Made by a program: the position numbers and the translations under genes | Shown here: positions 29,273 to 39,262 of the stretch, in pieces | Layout: every line of letters starts with the position of its first letter | Position numbering within the stretch: position 1 is the stretch's first letter | Notes under the pieces: generated by a model | Told to the model about the DNA's origin: nothing | Seen by the model: the letters and a program-made list of their open reading frames with translations, nothing else | Databases searched by the model: none | Assembly (NCBI GenBank): GCA_965222115.1 | Contig: CBDCTJ010000007.1 | Span: 1,632,001 to 1,696,000, forward strand | Length of the DNA stretch: 64,000 nt | Direction of reading: 5' to 3' | DNA from: Planctomycetota bacterium | GTDB lineage: Bacteria; Planctomycetota; PLA2; JAEUHO01

Positions 29273-30895
29273 ATGCCACGCAGGTTCACGCTCGCATTCC
29301 CTTTGCCGGCTCAGGCACGGGCCTTCGTTTTCTTGTTTGGTCTTCTTGCCGTATCTGGCTGCGGCGGTGGGGGAGGCGGCGGCGGTAACCCGCCCGGTCC
29401 GGCACCTGCGTCCGGCGGGTTCGCGTTCGGCGTTGAGTACATGGAGGCCGGGTTGGGTGCCACCTACGCGGCCACCGGCGTCACGTGGGCAAAGACGCGC
29501 CTTGAAGCGTTCGCTTGGGGGCAGATCGAACCCAGCGAACCTGTTGGCGGCGTGCCAACGTATTCATGGGACTGCACCGATGCCGCCGTCGCCGAGTACC
29601 AGGCAGCGGGCATTGTGAATATGCAGTCCTACCTCACGCCCAAGTCGTCGTGGGCGAGTGAGGGCGCGCTCGACATTATGCCTAAGGCGCAATACATGGA
29701 TGCGTGGCGCCGCTTTGTCGCCGATCTCTTCGAGCGCTACGACGGCGACGGTGTGGACGACATGCCGGGACTTGTGCGGGGTATTACCCACTGGGTCATC
29801 GGTCCCGAATGGACTGGGTTCTGGCCCTCAGGCGATGCCGACGACTACATCGCACTCTTGGAGGCCACGCGCGACGCGGCCAAGGCTGTGTTTCCCGACT
29901 GCCAGCTCGGCACGATTCCGTTCATGTTGGAAGACGTCTTCCATGGCAATGAACCCACCGCGCAAGAGATTGCCGATCGCCTCGCGGATCCCAATCCGGT
30001 AGGGCGCAACCTTGCGGCGGGCATCTACACGATCTTGGATCGCCCTGATCTATTCGATGCCGTGTGTATCCACAGTCTCGGGCACTACACAGAGATCCCA
30101 GTCACCCTGCGCTGGTTCCGTCAACAGATGAGCGATCGCGGTTATACGAAACCGATCTGGTTTGATGACGCCTTCCCCATGCCACTGCTCGCCAACGCAT
30201 TTTGGCCGAGTCGTTACCCGATTCAGAGTCAGCAGCAACGCGACGACGTATTTGAAATCTTGCGCGACGTGGGGCGATTGCAAGAGCCCGACTACAGCAT
30301 TGCGCGTGCATGGGTCGATGCCGAAGTGGCCAAGGGCGTCGTACAGAAGGTGATCGTTGCCGCCGCCGAAGGCGCTCGCGGCATCCACATTGGCAATACC
30401 GAAGACTGGATGCACGACACAAGCGCTCCATCGCGCGACATATTCATAGGCGCTTCGGGAGCAGCCGTCATGATGGGCGCCATTAACGTGACCCACAACG
30501 ATGTCCCCGATCCCTACGAAGCTTGCAAAGTTCGCACACCCGGCGCCCCGCGCGCTTCGTATCGCAACATGGCGCTCGTCGCCGAGCGCATAGGGGATGG
30601 CACATTCGACAGTATCACCAAGTTGTCGCTTGGTGGTGGCGTGTGGGCGTATCGCTTTGAAGACGGGACCGACACTTGGTTCTGCCTATGGAGCGAAGAC
30701 GATGTACTTCAACTCATAGGCGAAGTCGAGCCGCTTGTTCCGGTGACGTTGCCACTTCCCGCGGGCACCACGCAGGTCGAGACCTTCGTTGCTGCCACAA
30801 CGGCGGCGGTGCCGACGGGAACGCTTGTGCCTGTAGTCGGCGACGCGATCGATTTGCAGCTCAGTTCGGTGCCGGTATTCGTCCACGTTCGCTAG
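29273..30895 (+). CDS. Lipoprotein with a clan GH-A-like TIM barrel (putative glycoside hydrolase)
   Basis: Lipobox LAVSGC plus poly-Gly linker; WGQIEP, ERYDGDGVDDMPGL, HWVIGPEW, IHS, PIWFDD; C-terminal beta domain. Confidence 0.7.
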   Translation: MPRRFTLAFPLPAQARAFVFLFGLLAVSGCGGGGGGGGNPPGPAPASGGFAFGVEYMEAGLGATYAATGVTWAKTRLEAFAWGQIEPSEPVGGVPTYSWDCTDAAVAEYQAAGIVNMQSYLTPKSSWASEGALDIMPKAQYMDAWRRFVADLFERYDGDGVDDMPGLVRGITHWVIGPEWTGFWPSGDADDYIALLEATRDAAKAVFPDCQLGTIPFMLEDVFHGNEPTAQEIADRLADPNPVGRNLAAGIYTILDRPDLFDAVCIHSLGHYTEIPVTLRWFRQQMSDRGYTKPIWFDDAFPMPLLANAFWPSRYPIQSQQQRDDVFEILRDVGRLQEPDYSIARAWVDAEVAKGVVQKVIVAAAEGARGIHIGNTEDWMHDTSAPSRDIFIGASGAAVMMGAINVTHNDVPDPYEACKVRTPGAPRASYRNMALVAERIGDGTFDSITKLSLGGGVWAYRFEDGTDTWFCLWSEDDVLQLIGEVEPLVPVTLPLPAGTTQVETFVAATTAAVPTGTLVPVVGDAIDLQLSSVPVFVHVR

Positions 30896-33800
30896 GCGGA
30901 CTCTCTGGGACTCGCGATGACGCGCATGCCCAGATGCTCCGCGCATGCCGCGTAGAGAGTGGGAATCACAAAGAGCGTGAGCACTGTGGATACGGCCAAT
31001 CCTCCGATGACGGCCCAGGCCATGCCTGCCCAGAGAGGGCCTGCGAAGAGTGCCAATGGAAGCATGCCGCCAATGGTGGTGAGCGTCGTTAGCACAATGG
31101 GTTTCATGCGGAGGCGCCCGGCCTGGGCCACAGCATCTCGAAGCTCCATCCCGTCGCTGCACCCTTGCTGAATGAAATCAATTAAGATAATCGCGTTGTT
31201 GATCACCACGCCTGCTAGCGAGATGATGCCGAGCATGGGCATGAAGCCGAGTGCCCACCCGGTAAGGAACAACGCCAGGAACGCACCTACGAGCGAGAGG
31301 GGTACCGCAGCAAGAACAATGAGCGGTTTGGCGAACGAGTTGTACTGGGTGACCAAGACCAAGAGAATGAGCACAGCGCTTAGCAAGAATGCTCCTGCCA
31401 GTTTCGCTTGACTCTCCGTGGCCTCGGCAGCCGCGCCGCCAACTTCATATCGCGTGCTAGGCGACATGCTGGCGACGAGTTCTTCCACACGATCCCGCAT
31501 ACTCTCAGTCACAGCGTTCGCCAAGAAGCCCGGGGCCACCTGGCACCCGACGGTGAGTGTTCGACTCTGCTCGCGGCGCGCGATGACGGATGGCTGCCAT
31601 GAGGAGCGCAGCGTTGCGATTGACGTAAGCGGCACCTTCGACAACCGACCATTGACGTGGACGTTGCGAAGACGCGCGAGTCGTTGACGCTCTACTGGAT
31701 CCAAACGCAAGATCACCGGCACTTGGTGGTCGCCATCGCGGTAGACCGTGAGTTGGCGTCCCGAGATCAGGCCGCTCATCGTGCTGGCCACGTCGATGTT
31801 GGTGACGCCGGCCAAGTTGGCGCGGCTGGCATCGACATCGACTTCCACTTGATAGCTTGGGTTCTTCCAGTCGCTCATCGGGGCAAGCGTGCCGGGCGTC
31901 TCGCGGAAGATCTGAATTAACGCCTCTGCGCTCTCGCGCAGCTCATCGGAATCATCGTTGATGAGACGATACTCCACGGGGTACTTCACAGCCGGGCCCA
32001 ACACGAAGCGGCGCACATCGATCTGTGCTCCCGGAATGGTTTCGACGCGCTTTTGCAATTCCTCGATCCAAGGCGCCGACAAGTCGGGGCGTGAGGTGTT
32101 GACTACTGTGTACGCATAGTTGGCGTAGTTCTGCTCCGGATTACTTGTGAGCATGAGCCGCGGTCCACCACTCCCAACAAATGAGATTGCACTCACCAGA
32201 CGATCAATCGTCTCATCTCCACGATCGAGTGCTTGGGTTTCAAGGATCGCATCTTCCACCGCATCAACGGCAGCTGCCGTCGACTCCAACGACGCGCCTT
32301 CCGGCAACCACGTGTGGATAAAGAACTGGTCCCTGTCTCCCAGCGGGAAAAACTCGTTGCCGATTAACGGGACCAGCATGAGGCTAAGCACTACCAGTAG
32401 GGCCGCAATGCCCAGTGTTACGGCCTTATGGCTTAAGCACCAGCGCATCGAGCGTTCGTAGGCGCTGCCGATAGCGGATTTGTTCTCTTCGGACGTATCT
32501 GGTTTGGGTGCACGAAGCAACCAATAGCACATGATGGGCGTAACCGTCATGGCGACGAAGTAGCTCATGAGCAGTGTGGTTGCGACAACGATTGGTAGGC
32601 TGCGAACGTACTCGCCCACGCTGCCCTCGATGGTGAGCATGGGAAGAAATGCCGCAACGGTCGTGAGCGTTGATGTCAGAATGGGAATGGCTAGAGAGCG
32701 CGCGCCTTCGATCGCCGCCTGTTTGCGCGTGGCGCCCTCATTGAGTAGTCGGACGGTGTTGTCGGAAACAACAATGGCGTTGTCCACGATCATACCGAGT
32801 GCGATGATGAGCGATGCGATGGAGAATTGTTCTAGCTCTACACCAAACTGACGGACAACGAATAGCGATGCGATCATGGCTAGCGGTACGGCGGTGGCCA
32901 TAATCAATGCAGGACGCCAGCCGAGCATGAGGAGTGCCACCAGTAGTACGATCAGAATCGCCTGCCAGAGGTTGGTGACAAAATCGCCGATCAGGGTGTC
33001 CACCTGTCGCGGCAAGTCGTTGACCACGGTGAGTTCAATGTCGTATGGCAGTGTGTCCGCGCGCATGGATGCAATGGTCTTGCGAACTTCGTTTCCCATG
33101 GTTACGACGTTGCCGCCTGACTTCATCGACACAGCCAATACGAGCGCACGTTCGAATCGTTCCGCACCGCCCTTGTTCGCGTTGAGCACGCGGCAGCGAG
33201 TGCGTGCGGGCTGCTCCGATGTACGATTCACACGCACCGGCAAATCGCGAAGAAAGATAGGGAGTTCTTCGTCGCGAAGGCCCACGACAACATCTCGGAT
33301 GGACTGGACGGCTTGAAAGTCACCGGTCGGCCGAATGGGAACGCGGGTGGTACCGGTGTCGATTTCGCCGGCGGGCGCAACGATGTTCCTTGCCGACAAG
33401 AGCTGTCCGAGTTGTTCTGCCGTGAGCCCAATCTTTGACCAGTCCGACGACGCGACTTCGAGATAAATCACTTCCCGCTGGACGCCGTGAAGCTCCACCT
33501 TCGCGACCGAGTCAATGCGTTCCAACTCCGATTTGACATCGTCTGCGAGGAGTTCAAGCTCTCGATCGGTGTAGTTATGAGGCGCTGCGGAACTTGCATC
33601 CGCGTCGCTCGCTCTCACCGAACGCGGATACAGGGCAATGCACACGGCGTAGACGTCGCCAAATCCGGAGTTCACAAACGGTGGCGAAACGCCTTGGGGA
33701 AGCTGAGACTGGATCGCGCCGACTTTGGCGCGCACCTCGTCCCACGCTTGATCTACGGATGCCGCTGGGAGCGTCTCTGTCAACTCAACGGTGATGACGG

Positions 33801-34065
33801 AGCTTCCCACTTTGGAAATGGATGTGATGGAGTGGACTTGATCCAGCTCGGCGATCGCGCTCTCGAGCGGGTCCGTAACGAGTTCCTCGACCTTGTCGGC
33901 AGGCGCTCCCGGCCATTGCGTAACAACGACGGCGACGCGAATGACGATTTCCGGGTCTTCCCGTCTCGGCATCGTTAAGAAGGTGGATGCGCCCAGCGCC
34001 ACCGCGACAAGCACCATGGCCATGGTTGTGGCTCGGTTCTTAACGGCGAAATGCGTGGCGCTCAT
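30892..34065 (-). CDS. RND efflux transporter permease (AcrB/AcrD/AcrF family)
   Basis: PRREDP, WPGAPADKVEELVT, ALGMIVDNAIVV, GVVINNAIILID, RMKPIVLTTLTT. Confidence 0.95.
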   Translation of the reverse strand: MSATHFAVKNRATTMAMVLVAVALGASTFLTMPRREDPEIVIRVAVVVTQWPGAPADKVEELVTDPLESAIAELDQVHSITSISKVGSSVITVELTETLPAASVDQAWDEVRAKVGAIQSQLPQGVSPPFVNSGFGDVYAVCIALYPRSVRASDADASSAAPHNYTDRELELLADDVKSELERIDSVAKVELHGVQREVIYLEVASSDWSKIGLTAEQLGQLLSARNIVAPAGEIDTGTTRVPIRPTGDFQAVQSIRDVVVGLRDEELPIFLRDLPVRVNRTSEQPARTRCRVLNANKGGAERFERALVLAVSMKSGGNVVTMGNEVRKTIASMRADTLPYDIELTVVNDLPRQVDTLIGDFVTNLWQAILIVLLVALLMLGWRPALIMATAVPLAMIASLFVVRQFGVELEQFSIASLIIALGMIVDNAIVVSDNTVRLLNEGATRKQAAIEGARSLAIPILTSTLTTVAAFLPMLTIEGSVGEYVRSLPIVVATTLLMSYFVAMTVTPIMCYWLLRAPKPDTSEENKSAIGSAYERSMRWCLSHKAVTLGIAALLVVLSLMLVPLIGNEFFPLGDRDQFFIHTWLPEGASLESTAAAVDAVEDAILETQALDRGDETIDRLVSAISFVGSGGPRLMLTSNPEQNYANYAYTVVNTSRPDLSAPWIEELQKRVETIPGAQIDVRRFVLGPAVKYPVEYRLINDDSDELRESAEALIQIFRETPGTLAPMSDWKNPSYQVEVDVDASRANLAGVTNIDVASTMSGLISGRQLTVYRDGDHQVPVILRLDPVERQRLARLRNVHVNGRLSKVPLTSIATLRSSWQPSVIARREQSRTLTVGCQVAPGFLANAVTESMRDRVEELVASMSPSTRYEVGGAAAEATESQAKLAGAFLLSAVLILLVLVTQYNSFAKPLIVLAAVPLSLVGAFLALFLTGWALGFMPMLGIISLAGVVINNAIILIDFIQQGCSDGMELRDAVAQAGRLRMKPIVLTTLTTIGGMLPLALFAGPLWAGMAWAVIGGLAVSTVLTLFVIPTLYAACAEHLGMRVIASPRESA

Positions 34066-35879
34066 CGGTTCGTCCGTGTCGACGTGTGGTTACGCACGAC
34101 GTTGACGACAGCGCCGTCGTGACAGTAATGGGCGCCCCGGACCACGACGCGATCGCCTTCGACAAGTTCTTCGGAGCGGACCAAGACATCACCCGATTCA
34201 CCACCCGTTACCAGCACGGCTACGCGATGAGCCTTGTCGTCACGCACAACGTAAACGAAACGCTCATCACCGCGCGCCACGATGGCGGCAAGAGGAACTT
34301 GCACTCCGCCTTCGATGGATGTTTCGCCAAATGTCACAGGTACGAGATCGCCAGGGCGAATGGCCCATTCGAAACGATCGAGTCGCACACCGCCCTTTGC
34401 GATTTGGCGGGGATTCAGTCCTTTCACGCTCAAAACGAGGTCACCATTAGAAAGTGGATTCGCATGGGCGCTTGGCGTGACGCGGCAAAATCGCCAGTTG
34501 AGCACCTGAAAAAAGTCGCTTGGCTCCTTGCGATGTGACGTAACCGCCACGGGCTCCAGCTTGAGACGCCCACTGAACATGCCGGACGGACGTGCGATGC
34601 CAAACTTAGCGCCCGGAATGCGGTAGACGTATTCGCCGTCGCGGGTGGACACGATGCTGTCCTCCGACGCAAAGAGGGGTCCCTTTTCTCCCGCGTGCTC
34701 TTGGAGCGCAGGAAGAATCTGTCGAAACGAAACGGGTGTGGTGCCTGCAAGATCCTTCGTTGAACCAACCCGTCGTCGCGCGTTTCGAACCATGACGTCG
34801 ATTTGAAACGTGCGGGTTGCCGAGTCGGCAACAGAGCCCTTTTCGAACACCGTGCCTACCAGTCGGTCCGTTTTACCAAATTCGTTTAGGTCCGTGGGGT
34901 AGACAAAGGCGTGTTCGCCCGGAGGTATGCTTCGTTCCTGCTCAGCGGAAACGGATACCGACACTTTGATGGGGTCGATCAGTGTGAGCGTAATGACCGG
35001 CGAACCTGGTTGAACCCAATCGCCGTGGCTTACGTGGACGTTGGTAATTCTCCCTTCAAACGGGGCGCGCAATGTACAGCGTTCGAGATCAGTACGGGCT
35101 TGGCGTACGGCAAGCTCAAGCTCGCGTGCTTGTGCCCGTGCTCGGGCGAGTTCTTCTTTTTTGAGACGCTCGCCGGCTTCGGCTTCTTCCACTGTGGCAC
35201 GCGCGCTTGTAGCGCTCTCCAAGGCGGCGTCGTGACCTGCGCGCGCCTGGGTCACTTGAGATCGGGCCGCGTCGTGCGCGTTCAGTTGTCGATCGAGTTC
35301 CGATTTCGACACCGTCTTCGTCTGAAAGAGACGCTGCGTGCGCTTCAAATTCGCCAGCGCCAATCGCTCATTGGACGCTGCTGCGTCCAGCGCGGCCATC
35401 GCCGATTCCGCCTGTTTGATGGCGGCCTGTTCTTGCGATTTGGCTCTCGCGATGCGAGCTGGGATGAGGTCACTGAGTTCTACTTTGAGTGCGTCTATTC
35501 CGGCCATCGCAGTTCGGAGGCGAAGTTGAGAGGCCTCCAATCGTTGGCGATAGGTCGTGTCGTCAATCTGCGCGATGATGCTTCCTTCGGCCTCGACGCT
35601 TCCTGTGCGATTGGGCCGTATCGTGATCTCGGTCATGGTTCCCACGTCCCGTAGATTGGTGATTCGCCCTGCTACTTCAAAGCCTGCACGAGCCTGCCGA
35701 TAGGGGATCGCTACGCCGGTGAACTGAGGGCGTTTTGCGTACGACTGAGCGGATACCGATGTGACTTCAACGGCCCGCGCGCGAACAACGGTAGCTGGCG
35801 GTTCGCTGCCACACGCCGAGACGGCAACGGCCAACGCGAGTAAGCAAGCACTTCGAATGATCCGTGCAGTACTATTCAT
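34062..35879 (-). CDS. RND membrane-fusion (periplasmic adaptor) lipoprotein, unusually long
   Basis: Lipobox VSAC, FEVAGRI, long coiled coil, LRAPFEGRI, ADSATRTF, GDRVVVRG. Confidence 0.88.
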   Translation of the reverse strand: MNSTARIIRSACLLALAVAVSACGSEPPATVVRARAVEVTSVSAQSYAKRPQFTGVAIPYRQARAGFEVAGRITNLRDVGTMTEITIRPNRTGSVEAEGSIIAQIDDTTYRQRLEASQLRLRTAMAGIDALKVELSDLIPARIARAKSQEQAAIKQAESAMAALDAAASNERLALANLKRTQRLFQTKTVSKSELDRQLNAHDAARSQVTQARAGHDAALESATSARATVEEAEAGERLKKEELARARAQARELELAVRQARTDLERCTLRAPFEGRITNVHVSHGDWVQPGSPVITLTLIDPIKVSVSVSAEQERSIPPGEHAFVYPTDLNEFGKTDRLVGTVFEKGSVADSATRTFQIDVMVRNARRRVGSTKDLAGTTPVSFRQILPALQEHAGEKGPLFASEDSIVSTRDGEYVYRIPGAKFGIARPSGMFSGRLKLEPVAVTSHRKEPSDFFQVLNWRFCRVTPSAHANPLSNGDLVLSVKGLNPRQIAKGGVRLDRFEWAIRPGDLVPVTFGETSIEGGVQVPLAAIVARGDERFVYVVRDDKAHRVAVLVTGGESGDVLVRSEELVEGDRVVVRGAHYCHDGAVVNVVRNHTSTRTNR

Positions 35880-35960
35880 GGGATCCTCGCCGAATGAGGT
35901 TTGTTTTGTCCTAGTGCCGTTGCACGTCCGACGTGAATCGGGCCCACGCGCGAGAGTCTC

Positions 35961-38441
35961 TCAGGACGTCGATGCGGCGCTTTCCGTAGCATTGGGATCG
36001 TCCAGCCTAGCCTCCACAACCTCCGGCTCTTCCAATGCGTCCACCACTTCCACCTCAAGCTTCGCTACACGCCCCGCAGCATGAATCGCGCCTTCCACAT
36101 CCTCTAGTCGCGACGCCGTTTCCGCAGGTACACGAAGCGTTGCGACTGCAAGCGGCTTCCCGGCACCCACCGAGTTTGACGTGCGCCAACGGCGAATCGC
36201 GGTGAGTACCGAAATCGCAGCGTCGCCATATACACTCGCGTCGGCGTTGTTGTCTTCCGTGGAAGGCCACGGCGCGATGCCGATCGACACCTTTCCTTCG
36301 GTCTCGCGGAAGATGGCTTGGTACACCGCTTCGCAAATGTGAGGTGTGAAGGGCGCGAGCAAGCGGGTGATGCCGTAAAGCGCGTCGTAGAGTCCCGCCA
36401 AAGCAGCATCACGGTCGTCCTTGCCTTCCGGTGAGTTGTCGTAGAGACGGTTCTTGATCATCTCCAAGTAGTTGTCGCAGAGATCGTTCCAGAAGAAGCG
36501 CTCGAGATCGTTCTTCGCAATGCCAAACTCATAGCGATCGAGATTCTTGGTTGCCAACGCAGCCGTCTGGGTCAGTCGACTTCGAATCCAGCGATCGATG
36601 GGGCGGGGTTTTGCTTTGCAGGCCTTGCGATCAAAGGCGGGGCGGTCGTCTTTCGCCAAGAGGTGGCCTTGCGCCAGCTTGGTGGCGTTGAACAATTTCA
36701 CGCAAAGGCGTCGGCCTTGCTTGATGTCGTTCAGGCTGTACACCGTATCGCTGCCGAGCGTTGCAGATAAGGCCCAGTAGCGAACCGCGTCGGCGCCATG
36801 TTCGGTGACCATGTCGCGCGGATCATCCGGAGCGTTTTGCGCAGACTTGCCGATTTTGGCGCCCGACTTCGTTTGTACATGGCCCGATACCACCACGTCA
36901 TGCCATGGCAACTCGCCATGATGGATCCAACTCTTCAGCACGGTGTAGAACGCCCAGGTGCGAATAATGTCGTGGGCCTGCGGGCGAATCGACATGGGGA
37001 GCGGCGACTTCGGGAGGTCGTCGTTCTCTCCCCAGCGACCATTGATCTGGGGAGTTTCACTTGACGTGGCCCACGTGTCCATGACGTCGGTTTCTGGGCG
37101 CCAATCGGTTGCGCCACACTTTTCGCAAGCACTGGTAACGTCGAAGTTTTTGTGGTCAAAGATGGGCAGCCACTCATCGGGTGCCGCGAATACATGATTG
37201 CAACTATTGCAGTACCAGACCGGAAACGGCACGCCGTAGAAGCGTTGACGCGAAATGCCCCAGTCCCACTCGAGTCCTTCGACCCAGTTGTGGTACCGCT
37301 TGCCCATGTGGGCGGGATACCAGTTGAGCTTCTGGCCGAGTTCCAACAGTTTGTCTTTCTTGTCGAGCACCTTTACGAACCACTGGCGCGCCGGCAAGAA
37401 CTCCACTTCACGGCCCGTGCGTTCATACACATTGACCACGTTGTCTACGTCCTTTTGAGCGATCAAATGACCGGCTTCCTTGAGACGTTCAAGCACCTTG
37501 CGCCGCACCTGCTTTGCGAAGAGTCCCGTCTCGGGCCCTGCAAGTTCGGTAAAGCGGCCGTCGCGACCCACGGCTTGGCGCAAGTCGAGCTTGTGCTTCT
37601 GATACCACTCCACGTCGGTCTTATCACCGAACGTGCAACACATCACTATGCCCGTGCCCTTCTCGGGGTCCACCGTGTCGTCGGCACGAATCAACACTTC
37701 GTGACCGAAGAGCGGCACGATGGCGTGCTTGCCAATCAGTTCCTTGGAGCGGGGATGCGTGGGGTGGATGAACACGGCGACACACGCACAGAGCAACTCG
37801 GGTCGAGTGGTTGCGATGGTGAAGTCGCCGCCGTCCTTCAGGTCAAAGCGCACGTCGTTCATCTTCGTGCGTTGATCCTTGCTCTTGAGTTCGGCTTGAG
37901 CGACCGAGCACTGCGTCTCTGTATCCCACATGGTGGGACTCGTGTGGAGATAGGCCTCGTCCTTCTCAAGTAGATCCAAGAACGCGCGTTGGCTGATGCG
38001 CACGGAGCGCTCGTCAATCGTGCTGTAGCAGAGCGACCAGTCGGCACTCACGCCCAGTGAGCGCCACAACTGCTCAAACTCTTGTTCGTACTTCTTGGTG
38101 GTCTTCTGGCAGAGGGCCACAAACTCGTCGCGCGGCATCTCGCGGCCAAGCACGTCGTGTTCGCGCTCGGTCAACCGCTCACTGGGAAGGCCATTGCCGT
38201 CAAAACCAAACGGATAGAAGACGCTCTTTCCCTTCATGCGCTGATAGCGCACGATGCACTCGGCCTGCGTATACGACGACACGTGGCCCACGTGCAGACT
38301 GCCCGACACGGTGGGTGGGGGCGTGTCTACTGAGAAGACGTCCGCCTTGTTCGCTGGATCGAAACGATGGACACCCTCGCGCTCCCACAGTTCTTGGGCC
38401 GCGGTGTCGATCCCTTTGGGGTCGTATTTACCTTCGAGCAT
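35961..38441 (-). CDS. valS: Valine--tRNA ligase, archaeal-like (type 2)
   Basis: DTPPPTVSGSLHVGH, FDGNGLPSER, ATTRPELL, GTGIVMCCTFGD, DWGISRQR, MDTWATSS, RPQAHDIIRTW; KMSKS site reads KIGKS. Confidence 0.95.
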   Translation of the reverse strand: MLEGKYDPKGIDTAAQELWEREGVHRFDPANKADVFSVDTPPPTVSGSLHVGHVSSYTQAECIVRYQRMKGKSVFYPFGFDGNGLPSERLTEREHDVLGREMPRDEFVALCQKTTKKYEQEFEQLWRSLGVSADWSLCYSTIDERSVRISQRAFLDLLEKDEAYLHTSPTMWDTETQCSVAQAELKSKDQRTKMNDVRFDLKDGGDFTIATTRPELLCACVAVFIHPTHPRSKELIGKHAIVPLFGHEVLIRADDTVDPEKGTGIVMCCTFGDKTDVEWYQKHKLDLRQAVGRDGRFTELAGPETGLFAKQVRRKVLERLKEAGHLIAQKDVDNVVNVYERTGREVEFLPARQWFVKVLDKKDKLLELGQKLNWYPAHMGKRYHNWVEGLEWDWGISRQRFYGVPFPVWYCNSCNHVFAAPDEWLPIFDHKNFDVTSACEKCGATDWRPETDVMDTWATSSETPQINGRWGENDDLPKSPLPMSIRPQAHDIIRTWAFYTVLKSWIHHGELPWHDVVVSGHVQTKSGAKIGKSAQNAPDDPRDMVTEHGADAVRYWALSATLGSDTVYSLNDIKQGRRLCVKLFNATKLAQGHLLAKDDRPAFDRKACKAKPRPIDRWIRSRLTQTAALATKNLDRYEFGIAKNDLERFFWNDLCDNYLEMIKNRLYDNSPEGKDDRDAALAGLYDALYGITRLLAPFTPHICEAVYQAIFRETEGKVSIGIAPWPSTEDNNADASVYGDAAISVLTAIRRWRTSNSVGAGKPLAVATLRVPAETASRLEDVEGAIHAAGRVAKLEVEVVDALEEPEVVEARLDDPNATESAASTS

Positions 38442-38483
38442 CGCGATAGACTCCGAGCGAGGAAACGGCGTAGCATACGGTCG

Positions 38484-39098
38484 CTACGGCTCTCCTGCCT
38501 CGTTCGCCGCCGCCTCCCAGTTGGGGAGCTTGCCCTTGGCCAGCAATTCCGCACGGATGTTCTCGAGTTTGAGCGCGGCTTCGATGCGCTCGGTGTAGCT
38601 CTCGACCGTGTCGTGTTCGCCGCGGCGTACGCCCAGCATTTCGCCGATCTGCATCATGAGCGCGGGGTCGCGGGAGAGGTCGTAGCGTTGACGCACCATG
38701 AGGTAACCCAGCAACTCCAAGAAAATCTTTCGGGCAAAGTACGAACAGATCCAATGCATGAGCAGCGTCACGAGAACCATGATGGCGAGCGCGATGCCCA
38801 AGTAAGCCGTCATGTCGGCGAGCGCTTCGCGGGGATCGTTGTGGGGCCCCTCTAGTTTCTGAGCTTGGCGTACCACGATGTAGAGGTGCATCCCCACGCC
38901 CACGAGAATGAAGATAAAGCCGACAACACGTTCGAGGCGCTGCACAAAGAAGTTGCGAAAGCGCTTGACCTTGTCGGTGGGGAGATCGAGCAGTTCACGC
39001 ATCTGCCCCTTCTCGCGTCGGCTCACGGAGGCCTTGGCGAGGAAGTAGGCTCCCACCAAAATGGCGAGCCAAGCAATGATCTGTCGCTCGGGATACAT
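38484..39098 (-). CDS. Hypothetical membrane protein (3 TM)
   Basis: Three hydrophobic helices, coherent codon use, 42 bp upstream of valS; alternative start 39164. Confidence 0.75.
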   Translation of the reverse strand: MYPERQIIAWLAILVGAYFLAKASVSRREKGQMRELLDLPTDKVKRFRNFFVQRLERVVGFIFILVGVGMHLYIVVRQAQKLEGPHNDPREALADMTAYLGIALAIMVLVTLLMHWICSYFARKIFLELLGYLMVRQRYDLSRDPALMMQIGEMLGVRRGEHDTVESYTERIEAALKLENIRAELLAKGKLPNWEAAANEAGEP

Positions 39099-39262
39099 CG
39101 GGAATACGAAGGTAGCCGCGCCTGCCGACGTCCGGGCGAATTCTCGTGCTTTGGCGAGCACCAAAACACCGCCGCCCGGCTGCTAATCTAGCGAGGGTCC
39201 GAAACGCGGACGATTCTGGAGTTTCTTAACGCTTGAGTGTCCCCGCTGCCCCCTCTGCCACC

